Shown here one piece after another: positions 11,777 through 21,835 of a stretch of 64,000 nucleotides of DNA; within the stretch, counting starts at the first letter, position 1; every line of letters begins with the position of its first letter. Where the stretch lies: assembly GCA_965203055.1 (NCBI GenBank), contig OZ241863.1, forward strand, positions 3,488,001-3,552,000, in the 5' to 3' direction. The notes below the pieces were generated by a model. It saw only the letters and a program-made list of their open reading frames with translations. It did not search any database and was not told the DNA's origin. The position numbers and the translations under genes are program-made. Source of the DNA: Spirochaetia bacterium. GTDB taxonomy: Bacteria; Spirochaetota; Spirochaetia; SZUA-6; Bin103.

Positions 11777-12861
11777 GTGCCGGTGCGCTCCATGCGCCGG
11801 CGGCGCTCGGCGAGTTGCCGCTGCAGCAGTTCCGGCATGTCGGCATAGACGTAGCGGAAGGTGTCCTCCAGGGAGGGGCGTTCGAATTGTTCCACGGCGT
11901 CGAATTCGCTGCGCGCCCGCGCCCGCGCCGCGCTGATCACGCTCTGAAACTGCGCTTCGTCCATCAGCCCCTTGCGCTGCAACAGCTTCTGCAAGCGTAC
12001 GACCGGGTCGCGGTTCTTCCACGTGGCGGCCTCGTCGGCGCTGCGGTAGCGGTGCGGGTCGTCCGAGGTGGTGTGCGGCCCGATGCGGTAGGTAACCCCC
12101 TCGATCAGCGTGGGGCCGCCGCCGGCGCGCGCCTTGGCGGCGGCCGCGGCGGTGGCGGCGTAGACCGCGGTCACGTCGTTGCCGTCCACCTGGATGCCCT
12201 CGAAGCCGTAGGCAGCCGCCTTCTGGGCGATGGAGGCGCTGGCGGTCTGCTGGTCGCGGTGCACCGAGATGGCGTACTGGTTGTTCTGGACGAAGAAGAT
12301 GGTGCCCACCTGCCACACGCCGGCGAAATTCAAGGCTTCGTGGAAGTCGCCTTCCGAGGTGCCGCCCTCGCCGACGAACGCGATGGCGATGCGGTCGCTG
12401 CCCTGATAGCGCTCGGCGAACGCCAGTCCGACCGCATGGGGGAGCTGCGACCCGATCGGCAGCACGATCGGGGTGAGGTGATACAACTCGCGTTCGTAGG
12501 CGCTGCCCTGTTCGTTGCCCAACCAGTAGAGGTAGAACTGCTTCAGCGGCACGCCGCGTACCAGCAGGCCGCCCAGCTCGCGGTAGGTCGGCACCAGCCA
12601 GTCATCCTCGCGCAACGCCATCATGGCGCCCACGCTGTTGGCCTCCTGGCCGGTGGCCGGGGGATAGGTTCCGAGACGTCCCTGCCGGTTGAGGCTGAAC
12701 GCCCACTCATCCGCGGCGCGGGCGTTGACCATGTAATGGTACGCCGCCTTGAGCTGCTCGCCGCTCATCTCGTAGCGCGCGTACTCGGCCACCGGGGTGA
12801 CGGCGCCGTCGGGGGCCAGCAATTGCAGCAACTCGCTCACCGCCGCTCCTTCAGGCCGCAC
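11773..12861 (-). CDS. 2-oxoacid dehydrogenase E1 alpha
   Basis: RQGR, TPP motif GEGGTSEG...NNQYAIS, YRIGPHTTSDDP; true start may be the GTG at 12840. Confidence 0.93.
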   Translation of the reverse strand: MRPEGAAVSELLQLLAPDGAVTPVAEYARYEMSGEQLKAAYHYMVNARAADEWAFSLNRQGRLGTYPPATGQEANSVGAMMALREDDWLVPTYRELGGLLVRGVPLKQFYLYWLGNEQGSAYERELYHLTPIVLPIGSQLPHAVGLAFAERYQGSDRIAIAFVGEGGTSEGDFHEALNFAGVWQVGTIFFVQNNQYAISVHRDQQTASASIAQKAAAYGFEGIQVDGNDVTAVYAATAAAAAKARAGGGPTLIEGVTYRIGPHTTSDDPHRYRSADEAATWKNRDPVVRLQKLLQRKGLMDEAQFQSVISAARARARSEFDAVEQFERPSLEDTFRYVYADMPELLQRQLAERRRRMERTGT

Positions 12862-12965
12862 CGCGGGCCGCCGCCGCGGCGCGCTGCATCTTGCGGCCGA
12901 CGCGGGCGATCGACTCCATGGAGGCGAGGTTGGCGGGCAGCCGGCACGTTCGAGGGTACTGCACC

Positions 12966-12994
12966 TTTACAAAACCTATGTCATTCGCTAGCAT
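12966..12994 (+). promoter_or_regulatory. Putative sigma70 promoter of tRNA-Cys
   Basis: TTTACA-N17-TAGCAT, ending 12 nt before the tRNA. Confidence 0.65.
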
Positions 12995-13006
12995 GTGGGC
13001 AACCGT

Positions 13007-13078
13007 GGCGCCGTACCCAAGTGGTAAGGGAGAGGTCTGCAAAACCTTTATACACCGGTTCGATTCCGGTCGGCGCCT
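13007..13078 (+). tRNA. tRNA-Cys(GCA)
   Basis: Acceptor GGCGCCG/CGGCGCC, D-loop AAGTGGTAA, anticodon loop CTGCAAA, T-loop TTCGATT; CCA not encoded. Confidence 0.96.
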
Positions 13079-13117
13079 TTCCGCAACAGGCCGCAGCAGC
13101 AGCCCGGGCGCAAGCGC

Positions 13118-13600
13118 TCACCGTGCGCCATCGACCGCGGACCGTTCCGCGCAGTCGCCGTCCGGTGGAGACGGGGCGCCCGGCGGCTGACCTTCGATAC
13201 ACGCCGGGGAGGGAGATTCCGGCCCGGCGCGGACCACCGGCAGGTAGTCTCGATTGGCGAACAGAATGCCATTGCTGGGAATGCCGCCGGCCACCACCTG
13301 GACGAACCCCGAGCGCACTTCCCGGGGCACCCGCACGCTGATGCGGCGGTCACTCCATTCCAGATAGGCGCTGCTGCTCGGGGTCACGCCCGCAATCACT
13401 ACCGACCCGCCGCCGCGTTCGCGGCCAAAGTTGCGCCCGGTCAGGATCAGCGGGTACCCGCCGCGCCCGAGGCGCGGATTGGCGCCTTCGATCACCGGAC
13501 GCCGGGCGCGGAAACCGACCAGCAGTACGGCCAGCAACAGGAACAGCGCGACCATGGGCACCAGCGCCCGCGCCGGTGGTGACAGGGATGGAATACGCAC
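13118..13600 (-). CDS. IPT/TIG-domain membrane-anchored protein, possibly truncated
   Basis: N-terminal TM, then PVIEGANP...LILTGRNFG...LEWSDRRISVRVP...SGFVQV...SN (IPT/TIG pattern). Confidence 0.7.
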   Translation of the reverse strand: MRIPSLSPPARALVPMVALFLLLAVLLVGFRARRPVIEGANPRLGRGGYPLILTGRNFGRERGGGSVVIAGVTPSSSAYLEWSDRRISVRVPREVRSGFVQVVAGGIPSNGILFANRDYLPVVRAGPESPSPACIEGQPPGAPSPPDGDCAERSAVDGAR

Positions 13601-13640
13601 CGTTGGTCCCGGAATCAGGCGCCGCGGGGCCGCGCTCCGG

Positions 13641-14228
13641 CTAGCGCCCCGAACCCGCCGCTTCCGGCCCGGCCCCGGCAGCCCTGGGGAGCCCCGCCAC
13701 CCTGGCGCCCGGCGCCGGTTGGTAGCGGACGATCTCGACCTCCAGCTTCAGCGTGACCTCGTCGGCCACGCCGCCCGCCACTCCGAGAGGAAAGAACAGC
13801 ACCTTTTCGCCCAACGAAAGGGGTACGCTGCGATAGGTGGCCACGTACCGGGCCGGAGCCTCAGGTCCATCGTCGAGCCAGACCTGACCCTGGGCCAGCA
13901 GCTCGAGCGCGCCGGCGTCGTCCAGGTAGGGCGTGAATATGGCATGGATGCGGAGGTTGCTGCCGGTTACTTCGACGTTGACGGAACGTCCCGGGATGGT
14001 GAGCTCCGACTGCTGGGTATTCCAGGTAGTGAGTCGATCCGGCTGCGTCAGCGACAGTCCGACCTTGATTTCCAGCGGGTCATCCAGCGCCGAGCGCAGG
14101 GCGTCCTCGAGGCTGCTCCGAGGCTGCGATTCGGCGCCGGCGATCCCGGCCGCCACCCAGGTCACCACCGCCAGCGCCGTCACCGGCAGGCGCCGGCGCG
14201 CGGCCGCGGCGGGCGGAAACAGCGTCAT
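13641..14228 (-). CDS. Exported hypothetical protein of the ECF sigma operon
   Basis: Signal-like N-terminus; start overlaps the anti-sigma stop (ATGA). Confidence 0.7.
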   Translation of the reverse strand: MTLFPPAAAARRRLPVTALAVVTWVAAGIAGAESQPRSSLEDALRSALDDPLEIKVGLSLTQPDRLTTWNTQQSELTIPGRSVNVEVTGSNLRIHAIFTPYLDDAGALELLAQGQVWLDDGPEAPARYVATYRSVPLSLGEKVLFFPLGVAGGVADEVTLKLEVEIVRYQPAPGARVAGLPRAAGAGPEAAGSGR

Positions 14229-14749
14229 CGCGGCCCGGCGCCTGTGGCCGCCAGTTCCGCCTCGCGCAGAATCGCCGGCTGTCCGAGCTGCAGAAACTGC
14301 GACTCGGCCGGCAACCGGATCACGATTTCCGCCGGCGCCGGCCGCGCCTCCGCGAGGCCGGCGGCACGGTCCACTCCGCCGGCGAGATTGGCCAACTCGC
14401 TGCGCGAGTCGCCGATGCGCGCCCACAGAGCGACGGTGGTAATCAGCAGGGTGACGCCCACCATGGCGGCGACCGCCGCGGGGGCCGAAACCCGCACCCC
14501 GCGGGTCCAGAACGAGGCCTGCCGCCAAGCGGCCTGGCGGGCACGGTCCAGGCGCCGCCATACGCGGTCGGCGGCAGCGGCGACGTCCGGCTCGCCGCTC
14601 TCCAGCAAGGCGTGACTGACCCGCTGGTAGGCGCGCAGGCGCCGGCGGCAGGCGCGGCACTGCGCGACGTGGGCCTCGATTCGCTGCGCCCCGCGCGCAT
14701 CCACCTCGTGGTCGACGTAGGGGGACAGCAGGGCTCGTTCAGGGCACAT
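14225..14749 (-). CDS. Zinc-binding (zf-HC2) anti-sigma factor
   Basis: LLSPYVD...HVAQCRAC (HxxxCxxC) plus one TM helix, directly after an ECF sigma. Confidence 0.88.
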   Translation of the reverse strand: MCPERALLSPYVDHEVDARGAQRIEAHVAQCRACRRRLRAYQRVSHALLESGEPDVAAAADRVWRRLDRARQAAWRQASFWTRGVRVSAPAAVAAMVGVTLLITTVALWARIGDSRSELANLAGGVDRAAGLAEARPAPAEIVIRLPAESQFLQLGQPAILREAELAATGAGPR

Positions 14750-15251
14750 GGCGAACTCCGGCGGCAAGCCGCCGGGCGAGTTGTTGGCGGGCGCGGTGCA
14801 GCCGGACCTTGACGTTGCCTTCGCTGATCCCGAGCACCGCGCTTATTTCGCGGTAGCTCATGCCGGCGTACTCGCGCAGCACCAGTGCGGTGCGCATGTT
14901 GTGCGGTAGTGCGTTCAATGCCTCCTGGACGGCGTCGCGGGTAGCCTCCGCCAGCAGCGCGGCATCGGCCGGCGCGGCGTACGTGTCGCTGGCGTCTTCA
15001 AGCCGGCGTACCGCGCGGCGTTCCCGTTCGCGGCGCTTCTCATGGTTGAGCGACAGGTTGCGGACCACCCGCAGCAGCCAATACCTGGTCTGGTCGATAT
15101 CGGGCAGCGGCGACTCCCTGCCTATCAGCCGCAGAAACGCCTCATGGGTGAGATCTTCGGCCAAGCCGCGTTCTCCGGCGATCCGAAACGCTACGCGGAA
15201 CACCGTCGGGAACAGCTCATGATAGATACGATCGAAATCGTTCTCCTTCAT
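14739..15251 (-). CDS. ECF RNA polymerase sigma factor
   Basis: AEDLTHEAF, WLLRVVRN and region 4 LREYAGMSYREISAVLGISEGNVKVRLHRAR. Confidence 0.93.
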   Translation of the reverse strand: MKENDFDRIYHELFPTVFRVAFRIAGERGLAEDLTHEAFLRLIGRESPLPDIDQTRYWLLRVVRNLSLNHEKRRERERRAVRRLEDASDTYAAPADAALLAEATRDAVQEALNALPHNMRTALVLREYAGMSYREISAVLGISEGNVKVRLHRARQQLARRLAAGVRHVP

Positions 15252-15344
15252 CCCGTTCCCACCCGGCTGCGACGTTCGTCCCTGGCTAGAAAGCAACCCT
15301 GGCGCCCGGAGGTTACAACCCGGTCCCCCATAATATCGGCGGGA

Positions 15345-16808
15345 TCACTGCGCCGCGGTACGGCGCCACACCGTGCCGGTCGGGGTATCGCGCAGCTCGA
15401 TGCCGCGCTGCGCCAGTTGCGCGCGGATCTCGTCGGCGCGCCGGTAGTCGCGGCGCCGGCGGGCCGCCTCCCGCTCGCGCACCAGCGCGTCGACCGCGGG
15501 GTCGGCCGCCTCCGCGGCGTCCGCCGCGGGCGCGGTTTCCAGCAGCCGCAGTCCGAGGATGCGATCGATCGCCGCGGCCGCCCGCAACGACTGGTGCGGA
15601 TCGCCGGCGTCATCCTTGGCCAACCGCCACAGGCCGGCCAGCAGGCGCGGCAGCGCGAGATCGTTGGCCGCATGGGCCAGCGCCTCCCGCACCGCCGGGT
15701 GGCCGCGGTCGGCGGGGGCCAGCGCGCGCGGGTCGCCGCAGGCGGCGCGCCGCGCGAGCTCCGCGAGGCGGGCGCGCAGCCCCAACCGGGCGGCGCGCGC
15801 GGCCGCGAGCGCGCGCATGGTGAAGTTCTGGTGCGCCCGGTAGTGGGCGCCCAGCGCGAAGAAGCGAAAGTCCAGCGCGTCGTAGCCCTGCTCCTGAAGC
15901 TGGCCGATGGTCACCCAGTTGCCCTTCGACTTGGACATCTTGGCCCCGTTCACCATCAGGAACTCCCCATGACACCAGTAGTTGACCCAACGCTCGGAGG
16001 ACTGCGGATCGATCTCCAACGCGGCCTCCGACTGGGCGATCTCGTTGGTGTGATGAACCGGTATCAGATCGATGCCGCCGCAGTGAATGTCGAAGCGCTC
16101 CTGCAAGTAGCGCATCGCCATGGCGCTGCACTCGATGTGCCACCCCGGGTAGCCGCGCCCCCAGGGCGAGTCCCAGATCATCGCCTGGTTGTCGAACTTC
16201 GAGCGGGTGAACCAGAGGCCGAAGTCCTCGGGGTTGCGCTTCGCCTGATCGACGCTGATCCGCGCCCCGGCGCGCAGCCGCTGGCGGTCGAGGAGCGCCA
16301 ACTCGCCGTAGCGGGCGAAGCGGGCGACGTCGAAGAACACGTTGCCGCCCGCCACGTAGGTGAACCCCCGTTCCTCCAGCCGGCGGATCAACGCGATCAT
16401 GTCGTCAACGTGGTCGGTCGCCTTGGCCACCACGTGGGGACGGAGCAGGTTGAGGGCAGCGGCGTCGGCAAAGAAGCGCTCGGTGTAGAACTCGGCGATT
16501 TCCCACACCGTGGAGCCCTCGCGCCGCGCCCCGGCCACCATCTTGTCCTCGCCCTCGTCGGCGTCGCCGGCAAGGTGTCCGACGTCGGTAATGTTCATCA
16601 TGTGGCGGACGTCGTAACCCAGGGCCGACAAGGTACGGCGCAGCACGTCGACGAAGATGAAGGTCCGGAAGTTGCCGATGGTGGCGTAGTCGTACACCGT
16701 CGGACCGCAGGAATAGAGCCGCACGGCGCCCTCGGTTCGGGGCACGAACTCCTGCACCTCGCGCCCCAGAGTATTGAAGATCCGCAATGGAGGAACTGAA
16801 TCGGGCAT
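15345..16808 (-). CDS. cysS: Cysteine--tRNA ligase
   Basis: CGPTVY, GYPGWHIECSAM, DIHCGGIDL..HH.NEIAQ and KMSKS motifs. Confidence 0.96.
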   Translation of the reverse strand: MPDSVPPLRIFNTLGREVQEFVPRTEGAVRLYSCGPTVYDYATIGNFRTFIFVDVLRRTLSALGYDVRHMMNITDVGHLAGDADEGEDKMVAGARREGSTVWEIAEFYTERFFADAAALNLLRPHVVAKATDHVDDMIALIRRLEERGFTYVAGGNVFFDVARFARYGELALLDRQRLRAGARISVDQAKRNPEDFGLWFTRSKFDNQAMIWDSPWGRGYPGWHIECSAMAMRYLQERFDIHCGGIDLIPVHHTNEIAQSEAALEIDPQSSERWVNYWCHGEFLMVNGAKMSKSKGNWVTIGQLQEQGYDALDFRFFALGAHYRAHQNFTMRALAAARAARLGLRARLAELARRAACGDPRALAPADRGHPAVREALAHAANDLALPRLLAGLWRLAKDDAGDPHQSLRAAAAIDRILGLRLLETAPAADAAEAADPAVDALVREREAARRRRDYRRADEIRAQLAQRGIELRDTPTGTVWRRTAAQ

Positions 16809-16898
16809 ACCGGCCTTTTCGTCCCACACCCTACCCTGCCGCCCGGCGCCAATTCAACGCCGGCTTGCCAGCCCGGCCCGCCCGGGGAACGGCGCCGG

Positions 16899-18245
16899 TC
16901 ACGGCGGAGTGGTAAAGGTGACCGTGACCGCCGGCCCGGCCGGCGGCGCCTTGCCCAGCTTGCGAACCGCTGCATGCAGGGAGAACTTGGGGGTGCGCAG
17001 CCGGATGCCCAGGTCCGCGGCGGCGCTGCCGCCGGCCGCGGTGACGCCGGCTTCGGCGGTAACCGGCGCCGCGGCAACCGCGCCCCGCACCCGTACGCTG
17101 CCGCCGCGCCCGCCCTCGCGCCAGGTCACCTCCAACTCGCCCGGGCGGCCATACAGCCGGGCGCCGGCCGAGCGAACCACTCCGCCGGCCGCCGCCTCCA
17201 GCTTGCCGGTGCCGCTTACGGTCCAGACGCCAAGAGGCACTACCGGCGTCACCGCAACCGAGAGCTTGCGCGCGGCCGAGTCGGCGCCGCCGGGCGGGCG
17301 CAACACCGGCGCCAACTCCTCGCCGCGCGCGGCGAGGCGGTACTTGAGCTTCCACTGGCCCGGTCCGGCGGCGCCGCGGAACTGCAGCGCCCACGCCAGG
17401 GGCGCCGCGCTGGAGGCGCCGGTCAGGCCGCGAAACTCGCGCCCGGCGACCGCCACCATGGCGCGCAGTTCCCCGAACTCCAGGCCGCCGCGGGCCGCCA
17501 GCCGCGCATGCCCGCCGAGCGGCACCCGGGGACCGCCCGACAGGTTGGCGCTGGCCCACAGATCCACGCCGGCGACGGCCAGCGCGACCCGCGCTCCCGC
17601 CAGCGACAGCGCGCCGCCGGGAAACGGCGCCGTAGCGAGCTTCCATCCCGAACGCGGTTGGTACGGCGCATCCGCGCGCAGCGCGGCGTAGGCCTCCATC
17701 CGCAGCGCGGCGTCCGGAGGCAGGGAGGCCACCAAGCCGAACGTCGGCGGCTCGGCGCCGACCCCGGCTCCGGCTCCGGCGGCGGCGAGCCGGCGCCAGC
17801 CGAGGAGCGTCAGTTCCGGTACCGGCGTGAGCTGGACGCCGCGCAGCGAGCCGGGATAGAGGCCGCTCTTCAAGCGCAGCCGGGTAGCTTCGGAAAATAC
17901 CGCGCTGCCGGCGTCATGGCCGAGCGGGTCGGCCAACTCCCGCCACGCTCCGGTGACCGCCACCGGCCCCGCCAGAGCGCCCTGCGCGGCCAACCCCAAC
18001 TCTACCGCCAGCGGGAGGTCGGCGGCATCTCCGGCGGTCACTACCACGACGCCCCGGCCCCAGTCGGCGCGCTGCAGCAGGCGCGTGCGCAACACGGCGC
18101 CGGCGCCGCTGAACTCGGCCCGCGTGGTGACGGCCGGGGCGGCCGCCGGGGCGGCAACGGCAGCGTGCGGCGGCCAGCCCGCAAGCAGCACGGCGAGCGC
18201 GGCGCCGGCGTGCGGCCGGCCGCTCAACCTGATGATAGATAGCAT
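16899..18245 (-). CDS. Hypothetical exported, beta-strand-rich protein
   Basis: Signal-peptide-like start and alternating hydrophobic segments; start uncertain. Confidence 0.45.
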   Translation of the reverse strand: MLSIIRLSGRPHAGAALAVLLAGWPPHAAVAAPAAAPAVTTRAEFSGAGAVLRTRLLQRADWGRGVVVVTAGDAADLPLAVELGLAAQGALAGPVAVTGAWRELADPLGHDAGSAVFSEATRLRLKSGLYPGSLRGVQLTPVPELTLLGWRRLAAAGAGAGVGAEPPTFGLVASLPPDAALRMEAYAALRADAPYQPRSGWKLATAPFPGGALSLAGARVALAVAGVDLWASANLSGGPRVPLGGHARLAARGGLEFGELRAMVAVAGREFRGLTGASSAAPLAWALQFRGAAGPGQWKLKYRLAARGEELAPVLRPPGGADSAARKLSVAVTPVVPLGVWTVSGTGKLEAAAGGVVRSAGARLYGRPGELEVTWREGGRGGSVRVRGAVAAAPVTAEAGVTAAGGSAAADLGIRLRTPKFSLHAAVRKLGKAPPAGPAVTVTFTTPP

Positions 18246-18380
18246 GCCGCCGGAACATGCAAGATCAGTGCCATCCGGCGGCGGCAGGCCCTCGGCAGCA
18301 GCCAACGGCCGGTCCTGTCCTTTACGTTCGTTTACCTTCCCGCTGGCGCCGGCGCGCCGTTCGTGGCACAGTAGGGCGTC

Positions 18381-18932
18381 ATGAGCAGCTTTGCGGAGGG
18401 TCGCCTGGTGGTGGCGCGAGGCGACGTCACCGAGTTCCGCGGCACGCCGCCGTGCGCGGTCGTCAATGCCGCCAACCGCTCGCTGCTGGGCGGCGGGGGA
18501 GTGGACGGCGCGATTCACCGCCGGGGCGGCCCGCGCATCCTGGAGCAGTGCCGGGCGATTCGCCGCACCCGCTACCCGCAGGGATTGCCGACCGGAGCAG
18601 CCGTCATCACCGACGGCGGGCGCCTGCCCGCGGACTACGTGATCCACACCGTGGGACCGGTGTGGCACGGCGGCGACCGCGGCGAGCCCGGGCTGCTGCG
18701 CGCCGCGTACCGCAACAGCCTGCTGCTGGCCGCGGAGCACGAAGTAGCCGAGGTGGCGTTCCCGGCCATCTCCACCGGGGTGTTCGGCTATCCGCCCGCG
18801 CTGGCGGCGCGCGCGGCGCATGGCGCGATCACGGAGTTCCTCGACGCCCACCGCGCGCCGCAACGGGTGCATCTGATCTTCTTCAGCGAAGGCGACGAAC
18901 GCGCCTTCCTGGCGGCGGTCGGGACACCGTAG
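18381..18932 (+). CDS. Macro-domain O-acetyl-ADP-ribose deacetylase (YmdB-like)
   Basis: GDVT, VVNAANRSLLGGGGVDGAIH, VIHTVGP and FPAISTGVFGYP motifs. Confidence 0.92.
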   Translation: MSSFAEGRLVVARGDVTEFRGTPPCAVVNAANRSLLGGGGVDGAIHRRGGPRILEQCRAIRRTRYPQGLPTGAAVITDGGRLPADYVIHTVGPVWHGGDRGEPGLLRAAYRNSLLLAAEHEVAEVAFPAISTGVFGYPPALAARAAHGAITEFLDAHRAPQRVHLIFFSEGDERAFLAAVGTP

Positions 18933-18948
18933 GAGGAGGCCGGCGGCT

Positions 18949-20364
18949 ATGGAGGATGTCGTTCTCAATGAGCTCAGCCCACGACCGGTAGAGGAGCACG
19001 GCGAGCAACTGCTGGCGTTCCCGGCATCCGAGAAGTTGAGCTCCCTGGCCAAGCGCAGCGCGCTGCAGGAGGCGCGCGGCTGGATGGTGCGCGGCGCCGA
19101 AGTCAGCGACTGGCGCTTCAGCGGCTACCTGCGGCGCGGCGGCGGCCTGCTGGTAGCGGGTCCCGGCGCCGACGGCGAGCTGCTGGCCGCGGCCCTGGAA
19201 CGGCCCGGCCGCGCGGCGCTGGCGGCGCTGGCGCGGGTGGCGGGCGCGCTGCGGCTCCTGCAGCAGGAGCACGGCTTCGACCAGCCGCTGCAGCTCAACG
19301 GCGTGTACCTGCTGGCCGGCGGCGGCGTGCTCATCTTCCCGCCGCCGGTGGTGAGGCAGCTTACCGAGACCCACTCGCCGGCCGCCATGCTGGCCGCCAG
19401 CGGGCGGCTCAATCATCCCGACCTGGCGGCCGCCGAACGGCTCAGCGCAACGCTGGCGATCCTCAGCTACCGCGCGGTCACCGGGGCCTACCCGTTCCCC
19501 GCCGCCGGCGAGGATGACCTGCGCACGCAGATGCGCCGCCTCGAGGTAGTGCCGGCCGGGCTGCGGGCGCCCGGCACCGACCGCGAGCTGGCGGCGCTCA
19601 TCGACCGCGCCCTGCGCCCCGGCCGCCACGAGCAGCGCCCGGGCTTGCAGGAATGGGCTGCGGTCCTGGAGCGGGTCACTCGCGAGCCGGAGCCGGCGCC
19701 GGTGACAGCCGCCGCGGCCGCCGAGCTGCAGGCCAAGGCGCGGGAGCTGCAGGCAAAGTACGAGCTGGCCTTCCGCCGGCGCGTCTTCCTGCAGCGCAAT
19801 CTGCGCACCATCGTCGTGGTCTCGGTAGCGGTGGCGGCGCTGGGCGGAATCCTCGGCTCCATCATCGCCAACCAGTTCCAACCGCGCGCCACCAGGGGGT
19901 TCTCGCCGCGGCAGGTGGTCGAGGTGTTCTACGCCAGCATCGGAGCGCTGGATCACGTCACCATGGAAGACGCGGTAATCGACGGCGCCGGCCAGGGGTT
20001 GATCAACGAAGCCGTCAACCTGTTCGTGATGAGCCGCGTGACCCAGGGTTACGAGGGGCGCAGCAACATCATGAACGCCGCCGAGTGGGTGGCGGCCGGC
20101 AAGCCGGAGCTGCCCGCGGGGGTGGGCGTGTACGGCGCCTCCGAGCTGGAGATCGCGGCCGAGCAGGGAGCGCCGCAGCCGGTGTTTCGCGTGACCTACC
20201 TGATGTGGCGGCCGGGCGGCGAGGATGGCAGCGGGCCGCGCGGGGCGCTGCAGCAAGGGGTGCCGCGCAGCGAGCGCGTGTTTCTGCGCCAGGACCGCGA
20301 CGACTGGGTGATATTCCAGTTTCAGGAGATCGCAGCGCCCGGGACGCCGGCGACCGGTGGCTGA
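18949..20364 (+). CDS. Single-pass membrane hypothetical protein (degenerate kinase C-lobe-like cytoplasmic part)
   Basis: RBS GGAGG; LSYRAVTGAYPF...LAALIDRAL...RP resembles kinase subdomains IX-XI; central TM; overlaps the murD start. Confidence 0.7.
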   Translation: MEDVVLNELSPRPVEEHGEQLLAFPASEKLSSLAKRSALQEARGWMVRGAEVSDWRFSGYLRRGGGLLVAGPGADGELLAAALERPGRAALAALARVAGALRLLQQEHGFDQPLQLNGVYLLAGGGVLIFPPPVVRQLTETHSPAAMLAASGRLNHPDLAAAERLSATLAILSYRAVTGAYPFPAAGEDDLRTQMRRLEVVPAGLRAPGTDRELAALIDRALRPGRHEQRPGLQEWAAVLERVTREPEPAPVTAAAAAELQAKARELQAKYELAFRRRVFLQRNLRTIVVVSVAVAALGGILGSIIANQFQPRATRGFSPRQVVEVFYASIGALDHVTMEDAVIDGAGQGLINEAVNLFVMSRVTQGYEGRSNIMNAAEWVAAGKPELPAGVGVYGASELEIAAEQGAPQPVFRVTYLMWRPGGEDGSGPRGALQQGVPRSERVFLRQDRDDWVIFQFQEIAAPGTPATGG

Positions 20365-21796
20365 GCGCGCCGCTCCGGCCGCGGCCCGGATCGGGGCGGC
20401 AGCCGACCTGCACGGGATGCGCGCCACCGTGATGGGACTGGGGTTGCACGGCGGCGGCCTGGCGGCGGCGCAGTTCCTGGCGCGCCGCGGCGCGCGGGTG
20501 ACGGTCACCGACCGGCGCCCGCGCGAAGCGCTGCAGTCCACCCTGGAGCAGCTCGACGGCTCGGTGCGGGTGGTACTCGGGGGCCACGAACCGGCGGACT
20601 TCACGCATGCCGACCTGGTGATCAAGAACCCGGCGGTAGCGCCCGACTCGCCCTTCCTCGAGGCTGCGCGCACCGCCGGAGTCCCCATCGAAACCGACAT
20701 TTCCCTGTTCCTCCGCCTGCATCCGGCCACTCCGCTGCTGGCGGTGACCGGCAGCAAGGGCAAGTCCACCACCGCCGCGGCGCTGCACCACGGCCTGCGG
20801 CAGTGGCATCCCGCGGCGCGCCTGGGCGGCAACATCACCACCTCGCCGCTGGCCTTCGCCGCGGCCCTCGGCGCGGATACCCCGGTGGTGCTGGAGCTCT
20901 CCTCATGGCAGTTGGGCGACCTGCCCGATCCGGCCCTGCTGCGGGCACGGGTGGCGGTGCTGACCAACATCCTGCCCGACCACCAGGACCGCTACCCGTC
21001 GCTGCGGGCCTACGCGCGGGACAAGCTGCGCCTGTTCGCCGGCCAGCGCGGCGCCGACCACGCCATCCTCGGCAGCGGTACCGCGCGCTGGCTGGAGCAG
21101 CCGCCGGCGGCCCGGCAGTGGCACGTTGCGGAGGGAACGCTGCCGCCCGGGAGCGGCGGCGCGGTGCTCGCCGGAGACCGCGCCTGGCTGCAGCTCGGCG
21201 GCGGCGAGCGCCGGCCGCTGGTGGCGGAGCGGCAGCTTCGCGGGCGCCACAACCTGCTCAACCTGGCGGCCGCGGCGCTGGCCGCGGCGGCATTCGTGGG
21301 GCTGGGCGAGCGGGCGCGCATCGCCCGTTCGCTGGCCGGCTTCAGCGGCCTGGAGCATCGTCTGGAGACGGTGGCTCACTGGCGCGGCATACACTTCGTG
21401 AACGACTCCGCTGCCACCATGCCGCACGCCACCGCCGCGGCGCTGGCGGCGCTGCCGCGGCCGATAACCCTGATCGCCGGCGGCAACGACAAGCAGCTCG
21501 ACTTCGGGGTGTTGACGGACGCCCTGGCGCCGGTCACCGCGGCGGTGCTGCTGGCCGGCACCGCCACCGCCAAGCTCGGCGCCGCGCTGGCGGCCGGCGC
21601 GGTGGCCGCGCACGGCCCCTTCCCGCGCCTGGACGCCGCGCTGCGTGCCGCGGTAGCGGCCACGCCGGCCGGGGGAACGGTGCTGTTCTCCCCGGCGGCC
21701 ACCTCCTTCGGAATGTTCGCCCACGAGTTCGACCGCGGGCGCGCGTTCAAGCGCGCGGTGGCCGAGTTGACGCGCGGCGCCGCGGCCGCCGATTGA
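20357..21796 (+). CDS. murD: UDP-MurNAc-L-Ala--D-glutamate ligase
   Basis: VMGLGLHGGG, AVTGSKGKSTT, LELSSWQL, DHQDRY, HRLE and NDSAAT motifs. Confidence 0.93.
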   Translation: MAERAAPAAARIGAAADLHGMRATVMGLGLHGGGLAAAQFLARRGARVTVTDRRPREALQSTLEQLDGSVRVVLGGHEPADFTHADLVIKNPAVAPDSPFLEAARTAGVPIETDISLFLRLHPATPLLAVTGSKGKSTTAAALHHGLRQWHPAARLGGNITTSPLAFAAALGADTPVVLELSSWQLGDLPDPALLRARVAVLTNILPDHQDRYPSLRAYARDKLRLFAGQRGADHAILGSGTARWLEQPPAARQWHVAEGTLPPGSGGAVLAGDRAWLQLGGGERRPLVAERQLRGRHNLLNLAAAALAAAAFVGLGERARIARSLAGFSGLEHRLETVAHWRGIHFVNDSAATMPHATAAALAALPRPITLIAGGNDKQLDFGVLTDALAPVTAAVLLAGTATAKLGAALAAGAVAAHGPFPRLDAALRAAVAATPAGGTVLFSPAATSFGMFAHEFDRGRAFKRAVAELTRGAAAAD

Positions 21797-21835
21797 CTTG
21801 GGCAGACCGCGGTCCCGGCCTGCCGGCGCGGCGCG

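Noticed and set aside
9284..12861. Missing E3 gene as a sign of a novel dehydrogenase complex
   Set aside because: E3 (lpd) is commonly encoded elsewhere and shared between complexes.
13007..13120. tRNA-Cys (and tRNA-Leu at 52926) as integration sites
   Set aside because: No integrase gene and no duplicated tRNA 3' end were found in the window.
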